Below, in pieces: positions 10,674-20,808 of a stretch of DNA of 64,000 bases. Source of the DNA: a bacterium (GTDB lineage Bacteria > Hinthialibacterota > Hinthialibacteria > Hinthialibacterales > Hinthialibacteraceae); the NCBI GenBank assembly GCA_963662285.2, contig CAXXMV010000002.1, positions 1,120,001 through 1,184,000 on the forward strand. The letters run 5' to 3'. The stretch's first letter is position 1. Each line of letters opens with the position of its first letter. The notes beneath the pieces were generated by a model. It searched no databases, was not told where the DNA came from, and saw nothing but the letters and a program-made list of their open reading frames with translations. A program made the position numbers and the translations under genes.

Positions 10674-11786
10674 ATGAATATCTTGCGAAATGATCCCGGC
10701 CAAGGCCTCTCTTTACGGTACTATATCGTAGGTTTGCTGCTTATATGGTCTTTTATTGTCTTTGTGCTGTTGAGGTTCGGGATATGGAACGAAAATCAAA
10801 ATACTAAAGAAATGATAAAAAAAGAAGCTCTAACCAGTTTTAATAAAGATCAATCATATCGATTCTGGGCAGCTTTACATGGTGGAGTTTATGTTCCGGT
10901 TACTGAAAAAACACCCCAAAACCCGCATCTTAGCCATATTACAGAGCGGGATATCGAAACGCCATCAGGAAAACGCCTGACTCTTATGAATCCCGCCTAT
11001 ATGGTCCGGCAATTATCAGAACAATATAATGAGTTATATGGAGTAAAAGGGAAAATTACCAGTCTTAAACTATTACGTCCTGAAAATGAACCGGATATGT
11101 GGGAACGCAAGACATTGATGATGTTCGAACAGAGGATAGCGGAATTTTCCGAATTTACCGAAATCGAAGGTAAGCCCTATTTAAGATATATGAGCCCTAT
11201 GTATATACAGCATTCATGTTTGAAATGTCACAATCAACAAAATTATAAGATTGGCGATGTAAGGGGAGGCGTAAGCGTCTCTATTCCGATGACTCCATAT
11301 TTATTTAATCAAAACCGAAAAATTCAATATTTGACGATTTCCTTTTTGATAGTTTGGATTTTAGGCGTTATGATCATTGGCTTTGGGGGGCGGTCGCTTG
11401 GTAAGCAGATAAAAGAACGCCAAGCCGCACAACTCGATCTACAGAAATCACACGATCAATTAGAAATCAAAGTACAGGAAAGAACATCTGAATTACGCCT
11501 TATTAATCAATCACTGGAAAAAGTAATAACCGAGAAGGAAAAAGCGCTTAGCGACCTCCATGCAGAACAAGATAAAGTAAAAACACTAAGCGGATTCATC
11601 CCGATCTGCGCTCATTGCAAGAAAATACGTGATGATCAGGGGTTTTGGGATCAAGTTGAATCCTATATCGGAAAATACGCCGACGTAGAATTTACTCATG
11701 GAATCTGTCCCCAATGTGCGGAGAAATATTTCCCGGAATTCTATGATAAACTGTCCGGTGAAAAAGATGCCTCCCTAACCACATAA
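10674..11786 (+). CDS. Membrane c-type heme sensor (DUF3365/Tll0287-like) with a coiled coil and a C-terminal Cys-rich domain
   Basis: Two TM segments flank a periplasmic domain with CLKCH; VQERTSEL coiled coil; PICAHCKKIRD...THGICPQC tail. Start 10632 or 10674. Confidence 0.8.
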   Translation: MNILRNDPGQGLSLRYYIVGLLLIWSFIVFVLLRFGIWNENQNTKEMIKKEALTSFNKDQSYRFWAALHGGVYVPVTEKTPQNPHLSHITERDIETPSGKRLTLMNPAYMVRQLSEQYNELYGVKGKITSLKLLRPENEPDMWERKTLMMFEQRIAEFSEFTEIEGKPYLRYMSPMYIQHSCLKCHNQQNYKIGDVRGGVSVSIPMTPYLFNQNRKIQYLTISFLIVWILGVMIIGFGGRSLGKQIKERQAAQLDLQKSHDQLEIKVQERTSELRLINQSLEKVITEKEKALSDLHAEQDKVKTLSGFIPICAHCKKIRDDQGFWDQVESYIGKYADVEFTHGICPQCAEKYFPEFYDKLSGEKDASLTT

Positions 11787-11984
11787 TCCTATAATTTCCT
11801 GATGCAAAATGATTTTTTTACTAGGGCTACAATGTTGCCTATTCAAGAGAATTATAAAAACTTTATAGCCCTGGAATTCATGAATCGTCGCGTGGATTCC
11901 CTTGAAATATCTGTATCTTCAGGGCGAGGGAATATTATTCCGCCTTTTTGAATCGTCAATCAGAACATTATAATGACAACTACT

Positions 11985-13022
11985 CTAATAAGAGTGTGGA
12001 TTTTGACTATAGTTCCAATGGATTAAATCTTTAAGTTTTTGATAATGGAATAATTTTTCCATTGGATAAAGAGTGGAAAGGGCGAAATTGGTGGTTTGGA
12101 TTCCTGCTTCTTCTACAGCGGCGACCGGATTTAATCCGCCGGATACAATAAGGCCTGTTCTGCCTTCGTAGACGGGTAGATCCAGCAGTGGCTGATTGGG
12201 TTTGCCGATCAACAATATTCCCCCCAGACCAATCATCTTCAATTGTTGATTAATAGTTTTGACTTTTTCTAAAACATGTGAAGGTACTTCTCTAAAACTG
12301 GCGCCGATGCGCCCGTTTCCTTGGCTGGCGGTATTGCGTACGCTGGTTAATTTACCTTTTATAAATATCTCCAGCGGATCAAGCGAGGTTCCCGCATAGT
12401 CTATGATGTCAGTGAAGCGGGCGCATTGTTTGTTTTGGAATTCCAGAACTCCGCCAAAACGTGAACTAACCGGGATGCCGTTGTTTAATAAAACTCCATT
12501 AAGCGTGACGCCGCATACTGTACCGATGGCGACTTTGCCTGGGGGAACTTCGAAATTTCCCAGTTGTTTTCCTGCACGGCAAATGGTTATGTATTCTCCC
12601 ATACCGAGACCTGCTTCGAAAACGGGAAGCATTTCTTTCATAGCCTGGTTTAAGTTATGTTCGTTGATAGTGGAAATATTAAGTACGATTAATCCGGTCC
12701 GGGTTGGAATATGAAAGGTGGTCTGGCAGGCCAGGGCGTCGATTTTGACTGAAGTGAATCCTACCCGGTCAAATACCTGCGCATCCCGTATTTCGATAAT
12801 GCCATGCGGCGTGATGCTGCGACCGCCTTCACGTCCCCGGCTTGCTTTGCCGACCAGCCCCTCTTCTTCCATTTGTTGTAGGTATAGACGGATGGAACGG
12901 CTGCTCAATTGGAATCCAACATTCTCTAATTTTTCAGAGATGGTGGAACTTCCTATTGAGTGATGGTTATCACGCAAAATTTTCAATATGGCAATTTTGA
13001 TTTTGGGATGAATGTCTTTCAT
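11985..13022 (-). CDS. NrpR-family (DUF128/NRD domain) transcriptional regulator
   Basis: N-terminal wHTH (IGSSTISEKL...RSIRLYLQQMEEEGL); TVCGVTLNGVLL, RFTDIIDYAGTSLDPLEIF, ASFRE and GGLNPVAA motifs typical of NRD domains. The ORF track start 13067 overlaps pepA. Confidence 0.85.
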   Translation of the reverse strand: MKDIHPKIKIAILKILRDNHHSIGSSTISEKLENVGFQLSSRSIRLYLQQMEEEGLVGKASRGREGGRSITPHGIIEIRDAQVFDRVGFTSVKIDALACQTTFHIPTRTGLIVLNISTINEHNLNQAMKEMLPVFEAGLGMGEYITICRAGKQLGNFEVPPGKVAIGTVCGVTLNGVLLNNGIPVSSRFGGVLEFQNKQCARFTDIIDYAGTSLDPLEIFIKGKLTSVRNTASQGNGRIGASFREVPSHVLEKVKTINQQLKMIGLGGILLIGKPNQPLLDLPVYEGRTGLIVSGGLNPVAAVEEAGIQTTNFALSTLYPMEKLFHYQKLKDLIHWNYSQNPHSY

Positions 13023-13063
13023 ATAGTTATTATAGATATTTCGATTAAGTTTGTGATTGATTT

Positions 13064-14536
13064 TCAATTGTTTTTGCTTCGGTCAAGCAGGAAACGGGTA
13101 AGCAGGCGTACGCCTGCGCCGGTGGCGCCGTTGTTTAAGTATGCGATATCCTTGCTTGGTTTGGATGTACCCGCTATGTCGAGGTGGGCCCATTTTTGAT
13201 CTTTTGATTCGCATTGGGCGAATTGTCTGAGGAACTCACCTGCAGATATAGTACCTGCGCAACGGGCTTCACCGGTGTTTTTGATGTCGGCTATTTTGCT
13301 TTTTACATGATCTTTTAATTCTGGATATATGGGAAGTTCCCAGGCCCGGTCGTCGGTGGCGTTAGCTGCTTTTAACAGGTTATCCGCCAGATCGCGGTCA
13401 GATGACATGAGACCGGTGTATTCGTATCCCAGGGCAATAACAACCGCTCCGGTTAGGGTTGCGATGTCGATAATAGCGTCTGGTTTATAGTTTTTGGCCA
13501 TATAACTAATAGCGTCGGCCAGTACTAAGCGGCCTTCGGCGTCGGTGTTGCCGATCTCTACCGATTTGCCAGAGTAACTGATGATGACGTCGCCCGGTTT
13601 GTAGGATGAAGCGTCGATGGCGTTTTCGGCGATAGCGCAGACGAAGTATATGTTGCCGGAGATATTGAGTTCGATGGTGTTGCGCAGCGAGCCGATTACG
13701 GCGGCGGTTCCGCACATATCCATGCGCATGGTTTCCATCGAGCCAGTGGGTTTGAGGTTGAGCCCGCCCGAATCGAAGGTGATGCCTTTGCCGACCAGCG
13801 CTACGAAGGGATCATTTTCACCTGCGCCGCGATAGGTGACGATGATCAGTTTTGGTTCTTTGTTGCTGCCCTGGTTGACGGCCAGATGCAGGTTTAATCC
13901 CTCTTCTTGCATTTCTGAACGATTAAGGATTTTGATGGTGCAGCGGGAATCTGCTTCGGCTATTTGCTTGATTTGGTTTTCGAGAAAAACTGAATCGGCG
14001 ACATCGGCGTTTTCATTAGACAAATCGCGGGTTAAATTAACGCCAGCGGCGATCTTAACCGCTTGATCTACCGCATCGCGGTGGGATGTAAGAATGGTTA
14101 TGTCAAAATCATTATAATCATTGTCACTATCTTTATCGTCGTCCTGGCTGATGTATTTATCCCATGCATAAAGACCGAGCATGGCGCCGTCTATGATTGC
14201 GCGGATAGCGTCCTCTTCATCGTTGAGCGGCTTGATGACCACTGGTTTACCGGGTGAAAGCGGCTTGGTTTGCAGGGCTGATTTGGTCATTGAACCAAGT
14301 TGGCGCATGGAAAGAGAATCGGTTTCTTTACCTGCGCCAATCAGAATGGCGACTTTGTCCCCTTTGAAGATGGGGAGGTTTTGGCCGTCTTTGCCAGCGA
14401 ATAGTTTGGCTTGAACCGCTTCAGCGGCCAGATCATTAAGTTCCTTATCTGGAATCGAAACTGTTTTAGCTTCAGTGCAGAATATCACCCATTGTTTGGC
14501 GTTATTTGGCGCATCAATTGCAGCGGATATTTTCAT
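13064..14536 (-). CDS. pepA: Leucyl aminopeptidase (M17 family)
   Basis: LVGKGITFDSGG.NLK, MRMDM.G, NTDAEGRLVLAD, DIATLTGA, WAHLDIAG. Confidence 0.95.
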   Translation of the reverse strand: MKISAAIDAPNNAKQWVIFCTEAKTVSIPDKELNDLAAEAVQAKLFAGKDGQNLPIFKGDKVAILIGAGKETDSLSMRQLGSMTKSALQTKPLSPGKPVVIKPLNDEEDAIRAIIDGAMLGLYAWDKYISQDDDKDSDNDYNDFDITILTSHRDAVDQAVKIAAGVNLTRDLSNENADVADSVFLENQIKQIAEADSRCTIKILNRSEMQEEGLNLHLAVNQGSNKEPKLIIVTYRGAGENDPFVALVGKGITFDSGGLNLKPTGSMETMRMDMCGTAAVIGSLRNTIELNISGNIYFVCAIAENAIDASSYKPGDVIISYSGKSVEIGNTDAEGRLVLADAISYMAKNYKPDAIIDIATLTGAVVIALGYEYTGLMSSDRDLADNLLKAANATDDRAWELPIYPELKDHVKSKIADIKNTGEARCAGTISAGEFLRQFAQCESKDQKWAHLDIAGTSKPSKDIAYLNNGATGAGVRLLTRFLLDRSKNN

Positions 14537-14617
14537 GTTGGTTCCTTGATTTCTGAGATAATAGTAATTATGAAATTGAGAACATCACTATTTAGGGCTT
14601 GCTGAAAAACGTTTTCA

Positions 14618-14645
14618 ACTACCGAAGATTATAATCTTCGGTAGT
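14618..14645. terminator. Perfect 28-bp palindrome just after the IS5 transposase stop
   Basis: ACTACCGAAGATTA|TAATCTTCGGTAGT. The terminator role is inferred from position only. Confidence 0.5.
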
Positions 14646-14648
14646 GAC

Positions 14649-16232
14649 TCAGGGCGATGTACGAACGGGATCACTGCCGAATGAACTTTGATTGCTGAAA
14701 AAATTGATCCAGCGTCTCCATTTTGATTTGATAAGCGTTTGAAGCGCCTCTTGTATTACCTCAATCCACAAATCGATAAACAAAAAGAACCGATTTAAAT
14801 TACCCAGTCGTGAAATCTTATGCAGATTCATTACGAACAGGTTCAATCCGATAACCGTCAGTGAGGTTTCTGCCAGTTTAGCCATGATTCTCGCCAAGCC
14901 GAAGCGACGTTTTCCCTCTCCAAATTTTCCTTCAATGGCAACACGATCTATTTCATCTTGCCGGGCGAGTTGCTTTTGTTCCCGGCGAATGATTTTATCT
15001 TTTACGGGACGTCCCATCGCTGGGCCGGATATTCTAATACCATATTTTTTGCAATAATCCCTATTACTTTTGTTCCGGTAAATTTGATCTACATGAACCG
15101 ATTCAGGAAAGAAACCAAAATGGTGGCGAAAGTTTTTTATCGTTTGAATCAAATCTGTTGACTCGTTGAAATTGTTCCAATCAATTCTTTCCATAAACGC
15201 GAATCCATTGACCAGACTGAGATTTAGTTTTGCGCCAAACTCCGTCTCGGCATTGGCTTTGCCGCGTTTAATGGGACGCACATACGGAAACCAAATACTG
15301 ACAATCCTGTCAGCAATACGCTTTTGTTTCGAGTCATACATGATTTTTTGTTGTCGATATAATTCGCTGATCACCAACAGCGCCCGATAGAGGTTCCGTT
15401 TCAAAACACCTAGGGAAACAGTCTGCGAGAGAGTTTTTATATGCGCCAGATTTCTATTCACATAACCCAATTGTTTACGAATGGCTCGACGAATTACTTT
15501 GTATGGATTTCTTTTTTTCTTGGAGATAGCAAGATATTCTTTACGTGCATTTTCACGATAGGTACGTGGTTTCTTGCTGCCGTCCGGGCGTTCCTGATGG
15601 AGCCGATCAATTATCGCTTCCGTTTTTTCACGCGCTTCGTTGAGTAAATTCAAATCGGTGGGGTAACGAATATCGGCTGGAGTGCAAGTCGCATCGATCA
15701 ATAACTTGCCCCGGTTCTCAACCTCGAAAGTTTCATTGCCATCCTTATTGGACGTCGATTCATCTGATAACTTCATGGAATCTTTTGGAACGTCATCATC
15801 TTCATCTGATGATTTATCATCTTTGGGTTTCGCCGCCGCCAAGGTCATCGCTTCGTTAATTTTATTCATCGATTCGACGGGAAAACGTTTGCGGAAATGA
15901 ACCATCATGGAAGCATCAAAAGGTTCTCCGGTTTGAAAACCGTCCAATCCGATAAAAAACTGGAGATAAGGATTTTCACGGATCTGTTCGACAGTTTCAC
16001 GATCTGATGCTTTGAGTTCTTCTTTGATAACCAAAGAGCCAAATGCCATTCGGGCGGTCAGAGCCGGACAACCAGTCGTCGAGCCGCTTAACTTATTTTT
16101 GTATTCACGCTCAACCACCTCCCAGGGAATCATGGCCGCTTTTTTCACCCAGCGATTATCGGGATCAAGATAACCGCCAAAGGGCAAACCAAATTCGGGA
16201 AACATCGGAGTAAAAGAGTCGTTTTTATACAT
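14649..16232 (-). CDS. IS5-family DDE transposase
   Basis: ENPYLQFFIG, FDASMMVHFRKR, LIDAT..PADI.YPTD, EFGAK, IEGKFGEGKRRFGL. Confidence 0.93.
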   Translation of the reverse strand: MYKNDSFTPMFPEFGLPFGGYLDPDNRWVKKAAMIPWEVVEREYKNKLSGSTTGCPALTARMAFGSLVIKEELKASDRETVEQIRENPYLQFFIGLDGFQTGEPFDASMMVHFRKRFPVESMNKINEAMTLAAAKPKDDKSSDEDDDVPKDSMKLSDESTSNKDGNETFEVENRGKLLIDATCTPADIRYPTDLNLLNEAREKTEAIIDRLHQERPDGSKKPRTYRENARKEYLAISKKKRNPYKVIRRAIRKQLGYVNRNLAHIKTLSQTVSLGVLKRNLYRALLVISELYRQQKIMYDSKQKRIADRIVSIWFPYVRPIKRGKANAETEFGAKLNLSLVNGFAFMERIDWNNFNESTDLIQTIKNFRHHFGFFPESVHVDQIYRNKSNRDYCKKYGIRISGPAMGRPVKDKIIRREQKQLARQDEIDRVAIEGKFGEGKRRFGLARIMAKLAETSLTVIGLNLFVMNLHKISRLGNLNRFFLFIDLWIEVIQEALQTLIKSKWRRWINFFSNQSSFGSDPVRTSP

Positions 16233-16380
16233 CTTTATCCACTCTCAAGTGCAAAGGTTTTAAGGGTTTTATGTAATTCCCCTTGCAGGATTCATAGAAT
16301 GAGTGTAGCATAAACTATTCATTTGTCAAGACTTGCATCTAAAACAGCAAGCCCTATTTAGTTTAGTACATATTTAGCGT

Positions 16381-16460
16381 GTAGGGTGGATCGCGCCTTA
16401 CCGACCCACCGAGAATAATTAAGTTATTCCGGTGGGTCATAAAAACGCGACCCACCCTAC
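16381..16460. repeat. GTAG-type REP doublet (REPIN-like)
   Basis: GTAGGGTGGATCGCG...GACCCACC (16381-16410) and inverted GGTGGGTC...CGCGACCCACCCTAC (16431-16460) around an AT-rich spacer. Confidence 0.8.
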
Positions 16461-16695
16461 GGGGTTGCTTTAGTTATTTTAGTGCGTCTTTAGTGGTTAT
16501 AGTAGGAAGAGGGTGTCTGGAAAGTATGACGAAATGGTTTGAGTGACTGTTTGAGGTGAAACGAGTAATACGGGAAGAGTTGCTGGCTCTTAGCGTTGTG
16601 ATTGTATGTCTGATTATTCCAGCGATTTTATTTGCATTAATAGAGATTTTTATGTTAAGATAAAAATCGAATTTTACAAAAAAGGAGGGAATATA

Positions 16696-18144
16696 ATGAT
16701 GAGTCGTTCTTTCGCTTTGCAGATTATCACCTTAATCCTTTGCTTTTTATCGATTGCTAATGTGGGGCAGACCTCTGTAACTCTGACGCCGGGCGTCTAC
16801 TCAGCAGATGATTTGCTCGCCGATCCTGAACCAGTGACGGTTGTTGCTATGGGGACGGATGATTACTATGAAGACGAATTCAGAAAAACCAAAGAAGAAA
16901 CATATAATCTCGAAATTTATGAACTAACACCGGGGCTATATCAATTTGTGAATGATCCTGCCGCAAAGACTGATTCCGCCGCAATGCACTCTGATATCAA
17001 TGCCTTTAATATATCCTCGATAATTGCTGATTCCGGCGCTGACGGCGTGTTGATTCGTGGAACGGGAAGGTATCCCGGTGAAACAGCAATTAGTTTTGGT
17101 TTGATTAACGAATATCCAGAACTCCCTGTCGGCGCTGATGGAGAAATCGATTATGATCAAACTGCGGTTGAGATCGGGTATCAATTCTATACCGGAAGGC
17201 GCTGTTTCAATGTAGATGGAGTCATCGCCGTATTTGAAAATATATCTATTGGTGATCATGCGAATAACAATATAGGCGTCGTTCATACATTTGGCAGTGG
17301 ACGCACCTTCATGAACGATGTCTGGATATATAACGTGTATGATGGCATCTTTTTTGATGACGCCGGTGACGGGTATTTTGTTAATTGTATTTTGCACCAG
17401 ACATATCAACCCTGGAATACGGTGCAGGAAGCCAATGACGCTGGATATTTTAATGATGACTGGAAAGCGCTTGTTCAACCTGGAGGTAGTTCAACATTTT
17501 CGGAAGGGACGGGATTGAGCGAAGAAGATTATCCACAAATCGCCGGGGTTATTCTGGGTAACAACACCGCAGATGGATGGAATATTAACCTGTTCGAAAC
17601 CGAAGGCGCTGATCCCCAAAATGTGTATCTAAAAAACTGTACCATCGTGCGCCATCAAATCAGGGATTCAAGTAGATTGTGGCGGCATAACACAGGCAGT
17701 GGAATAGGCGCGTTTGCTTTAATTGAAGACTGCATGATCTTGAGTGTTGATCTTGATCCGAATGCACAGATTTACATTGATACTGATGATGCTGATTTCC
17801 GGGGATATATGTTCAACACAAAAATCTGGAATTACGCTTCGGAATCTACGCAACTTTCAGGAATTAGCCTCGCCAATTGGAATATCGATCCCAGCGATCC
17901 CTTCTTTCAGGAAGACGCTTTTGTAGACCTGGATACGCCCGGTGGACTCGACATAACGGATGCGTCAGAATTATTCCGCCTGGATGGGCGTAAACTGACC
18001 AGTTTTCTTGATGGCTCAATCGAATTAACCCTGGCCAGCGATGGCGGACCAGTAGGCTATCGCCTGCCAGAAACTGCACCTGACGGACCTCTACCCGTAA
18101 CCAGGGGTGAGCCGCTCAACGTAAGCCAGTGGTCTTTATATTAA
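16696..18144 (+). CDS. Secreted acidic protein with probable right-handed beta-helix (pectin-lyase-like) repeats and a C-terminal VxxWxxY motif
   Basis: RBS AAGGAGG before ATG 16696; signal peptide; repeated FENISI/FVNCIL/LKNCTI/IEDCMI strands; ends NVSQWSLY. Confidence 0.65.
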   Translation: MMSRSFALQIITLILCFLSIANVGQTSVTLTPGVYSADDLLADPEPVTVVAMGTDDYYEDEFRKTKEETYNLEIYELTPGLYQFVNDPAAKTDSAAMHSDINAFNISSIIADSGADGVLIRGTGRYPGETAISFGLINEYPELPVGADGEIDYDQTAVEIGYQFYTGRRCFNVDGVIAVFENISIGDHANNNIGVVHTFGSGRTFMNDVWIYNVYDGIFFDDAGDGYFVNCILHQTYQPWNTVQEANDAGYFNDDWKALVQPGGSSTFSEGTGLSEEDYPQIAGVILGNNTADGWNINLFETEGADPQNVYLKNCTIVRHQIRDSSRLWRHNTGSGIGAFALIEDCMILSVDLDPNAQIYIDTDDADFRGYMFNTKIWNYASESTQLSGISLANWNIDPSDPFFQEDAFVDLDTPGGLDITDASELFRLDGRKLTSFLDGSIELTLASDGGPVGYRLPETAPDGPLPVTRGEPLNVSQWSLY

Positions 18145-18182
18145 TTCCTAAAACGGTAATTAGATAATGATGAATTAATTCC

Positions 18183-18211
18183 GGTGGGTCATAAAACGCG
18201 ACTCACCCTAC
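18183..18211. repeat. GTAG-type REP, single copy
   Basis: GGTGGGTCATAAAACGCGACTCACCCTAC, near-identical to 16431-16460. Confidence 0.8.
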
Positions 18212-18214
18212 TGA

Positions 18215-18246
18215 GCTAATGCGGGGTTTTAACGCCCCGCATTAGC
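18215..18246. terminator. Hairpin between convergent genes (probable bidirectional terminator)
   Basis: GCTAATGCGGGG-loop-CCCCGCATTAGC, 12-bp stem. Confidence 0.7.
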
Positions 18247-18289
18247 CGTTTGTAAAGCATTATATTGGTTGGGAAGGAGGGTAGTCAGT

Positions 18290-20383
18290 TTAATCAGCAT
18301 CCTTGAGACTTACGGAAATGTCGCCGTCACCGGTGCGTCCTTTGATGGTGACGCCCCCGCCGTTGAGTAATGCCTGGGCGGTTCTCTTCTTGATTGTTCC
18401 TGTGAATGCTTTCTTATCCAAATCCAGTTCACCATCGCCGCATGTCAGATCGAATGTTGCTGTTGAATTGCGTGGAATGGTAATATCGATATCGCCGTCA
18501 CTGCTTTTTAAGAAGCAATCTTTGGATGGGATAGCGACGAAATTAATCTTGATGGTTCCATCGGGAGACTCCGCCTGCACCTGATGCTTAACTTTATCCA
18601 TAGTAAGATCGCCATCTTCGGAACTGATATTGAGCGGCCCGGGACAGTTGAGCGCCACGATGTCGCCGTCTTCTGTTTTCGCTGTGATGGCGCCTGAACA
18701 ATCGGTAATAACCAGATCGCCATCTTGGGATACAGCATTTACTACGTCGCTGCATTGAAGGACGGTTACATCGCCATCCCTGGATTGGGCGTCCACCGAA
18801 GCGGATATGCCTTTGACTTCAACGTCGCCGTCTTGGCATAACGCCTTGACTAACCAGACAGCCGGAACCTTGGCATTGACAAGAATCGAGATGCTAAGGC
18901 CATTGGGATTCTTTTTCGGTATAACCCCACGTATGACGGCGTGTTTCTTCTCATTGTCTGTTTCGATTACGAAGTGTACTGTTTCTTTGATTTTCTGGAT
19001 ATCTTCGTCGGTGTATGTTGGAGCAGATTTATTATTATTTTTCTTAATAATAATTTTTGCTTCGACGCTGAGTTTGTGGTTATTCTTGCTATCCTGGGGA
19101 GTAATGATTATTTCTCCATCAGGAACGACAAATTCGATTGAATTAATAAATTCGTTTGCTATCTCGAATGATTCTCCCCGGATATATTGGTTTCCTTTTG
19201 TGACAGGTTTGGCGTTGTGTTCTCCTTTATCTTCTTCTGAATGTGAGGAATGCTGTACAGTGTCCTGAACATGCGTGGTGACTTGCGTTGCATGTTCTTT
19301 GGTTTCCTGCATCGCTCCACTGAATGGAACAATCAGCAGGGTCAATACGGTTAGTAGTACGATGGAACTGATGGTGAGTCTTGCCTGATGCGTCTGGTTA
19401 TGATCTAAAATCCTCATAAGCCTCTCCTTAACAATCTGTTTTGAGTTGAATAGGCCTAATAATCCCGTTGCCGGGAGTCGCGCGCTGTTTACTTGGAATA
19501 CTACGTTTAAGAATCCTTCGCCGCAGTCCCGCCGGGGGACGTTGGCGTGGATGGCGGCCAAATCGTCGCAGACGAATTCACGCTGGCGGTCGAGCATCCA
19601 ATTGGCGAGCCATACCGCCGGGTGGAAGAAGAAGAGCGTCTGGGCGATCTTTTGTATTAACCGGGCCAGCGCATCATACCTTTTTATATGGGCTAACTCG
19701 TGCAATAGAATCCAACTGATCTGGTTGGTGGTGTATTTTTGGGATATGTCGTTTGGTATTAAAAGAACTGGCGACGTGATGCCATAGACGATGGGCGAAC
19801 TGACCCATTGGTTGGTAGCCAGCCGCACGGGACGTTGGACTCTGGCCGTCGCTTTTAACTGCTGGAAAGATACTGGCAGTTGATTTGGATCGATGGTGTG
19901 CGACTGTTTAACTGAAACGGCTGTGCGCCATTCTGAGTAAACGAATCTGGCGAATAGAATCAATGATATTAAAGCCCAGCCCAGCATCAGGATTGTACTG
20001 ATCGGCAGCTGGATTAAGGGCTGGTTTATAGATGAAACGGGCAGTGATGTTTGTAGCGCCGTTGCATCAAGGCTTTGGTTAATTTTGGGTATAGCAACAA
20101 CCGGATTGCTGATCGTTGGAGTTGAGGTGATGCTGATGTTTTGTGATGTAAGTGCGTCTAGTGATATCAGATTTGGAATTGCAATGGGTTGCTGGAACGG
20201 GATGAATAATTTGATAATAACCAGCATGAATAGCCAGTAACCGAATTGGGCGTGCACCCGGTTTCGGGTCATAAGCCATATCAGCCCGACGATCAGAAAA
20301 ACCCAGGCGGCATCGATGGAGCGCATCCACATAAAATCCATCCAGCTCTGCGCTACGGTGTTTAACCATTCGATTGGATTCAC
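18290..20383 (-). CDS. BlaR1/MecR1-type M56 peptidase with a C-terminal DUF4097-like beta-repeat domain
   Basis: ILLHELAHIKRYD, FFFHPAVW and REFVCDD motifs; C-terminal repeats of (S)xDGD(V/I/L). Confidence 0.9.
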   Translation of the reverse strand: MNPIEWLNTVAQSWMDFMWMRSIDAAWVFLIVGLIWLMTRNRVHAQFGYWLFMLVIIKLFIPFQQPIAIPNLISLDALTSQNISITSTPTISNPVVAIPKINQSLDATALQTSLPVSSINQPLIQLPISTILMLGWALISLILFARFVYSEWRTAVSVKQSHTIDPNQLPVSFQQLKATARVQRPVRLATNQWVSSPIVYGITSPVLLIPNDISQKYTTNQISWILLHELAHIKRYDALARLIQKIAQTLFFFHPAVWLANWMLDRQREFVCDDLAAIHANVPRRDCGEGFLNVVFQVNSARLPATGLLGLFNSKQIVKERLMRILDHNQTHQARLTISSIVLLTVLTLLIVPFSGAMQETKEHATQVTTHVQDTVQHSSHSEEDKGEHNAKPVTKGNQYIRGESFEIANEFINSIEFVVPDGEIIITPQDSKNNHKLSVEAKIIIKKNNNKSAPTYTDEDIQKIKETVHFVIETDNEKKHAVIRGVIPKKNPNGLSISILVNAKVPAVWLVKALCQDGDVEVKGISASVDAQSRDGDVTVLQCSDVVNAVSQDGDLVITDCSGAITAKTEDGDIVALNCPGPLNISSEDGDLTMDKVKHQVQAESPDGTIKINFVAIPSKDCFLKSSDGDIDITIPRNSTATFDLTCGDGELDLDKKAFTGTIKKRTAQALLNGGGVTIKGRTGDGDISVSLKDAD

Positions 20384-20385
20384 GA

Positions 20386-20784
20386 TTAATTCTCCTCATC
20401 TTTGTGTTGATCGAGGATGGACTGTAATTCACTGATCTCTTTATCAGACAATTGAATCTTGTTGGCCATGTAACATAGCAATTGGCCTTGCACTGGGCCG
20501 GAACTCTTTTCGATGAAATCATCCGCCGCCTTGGTCAGCGTATCGATAGCCGGTTGAGCCGGACGGTAGATGAATTTTTTGCCATCGTCCTTAGTTTTGA
20601 GGAAACCTTTATCGACCAATTTACTGAGTATGGTCTTAACCGTGGTCGGCGCCCAGCCGTACTGCTGTCCTGCGATTTCGAATACTTCACGGGCCGGGGC
20701 GGAATTAAGGTCCCACAGAATCTTCATGATTTTCCATTCAGTCTGAGTTAACACATCGGCTGCCTTTTTTCGCATGATACCCAC
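20386..20784 (-). CDS. BlaI/MecI/CopY family repressor
   Basis: LTQTEWKIMKILW...WAPTTVKTILSKLVDKGFL; adjacent to the M56 gene. Confidence 0.95.
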   Translation of the reverse strand: MGIMRKKAADVLTQTEWKIMKILWDLNSAPAREVFEIAGQQYGWAPTTVKTILSKLVDKGFLKTKDDGKKFIYRPAQPAIDTLTKAADDFIEKSSGPVQGQLLCYMANKIQLSDKEISELQSILDQHKDEEN

Positions 20785-20808
20785 CTATTAATAAAGAACA
20801 TTCGCTAT

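Larger units (their letters stand above)
14596..16353 (-). mobile_element. Complete IS5-family insertion sequence
   Basis: Inverted ends GGCTTGCTG (14596) and CAGCAAGCC (16353); 8-bp target duplication CTATTTAG at 14588-14595 and 16354-16361; intact transposase inside. Confidence 0.9.

Noticed and set aside
11822-11925. Imperfect inverted repeats AGGGCTA...TAGCCCT and CCTTGAA...TTCAGGG
   Set aside because: Too degenerate to assign; possibly a decayed repeat or terminator between convergent genes.
11929-11941. GGAATATTATTCC as an NrpR operator
   Set aside because: The spacer is 5 nt rather than the canonical GGAA-N6-TTCC, and it lies between two convergent 3' ends.
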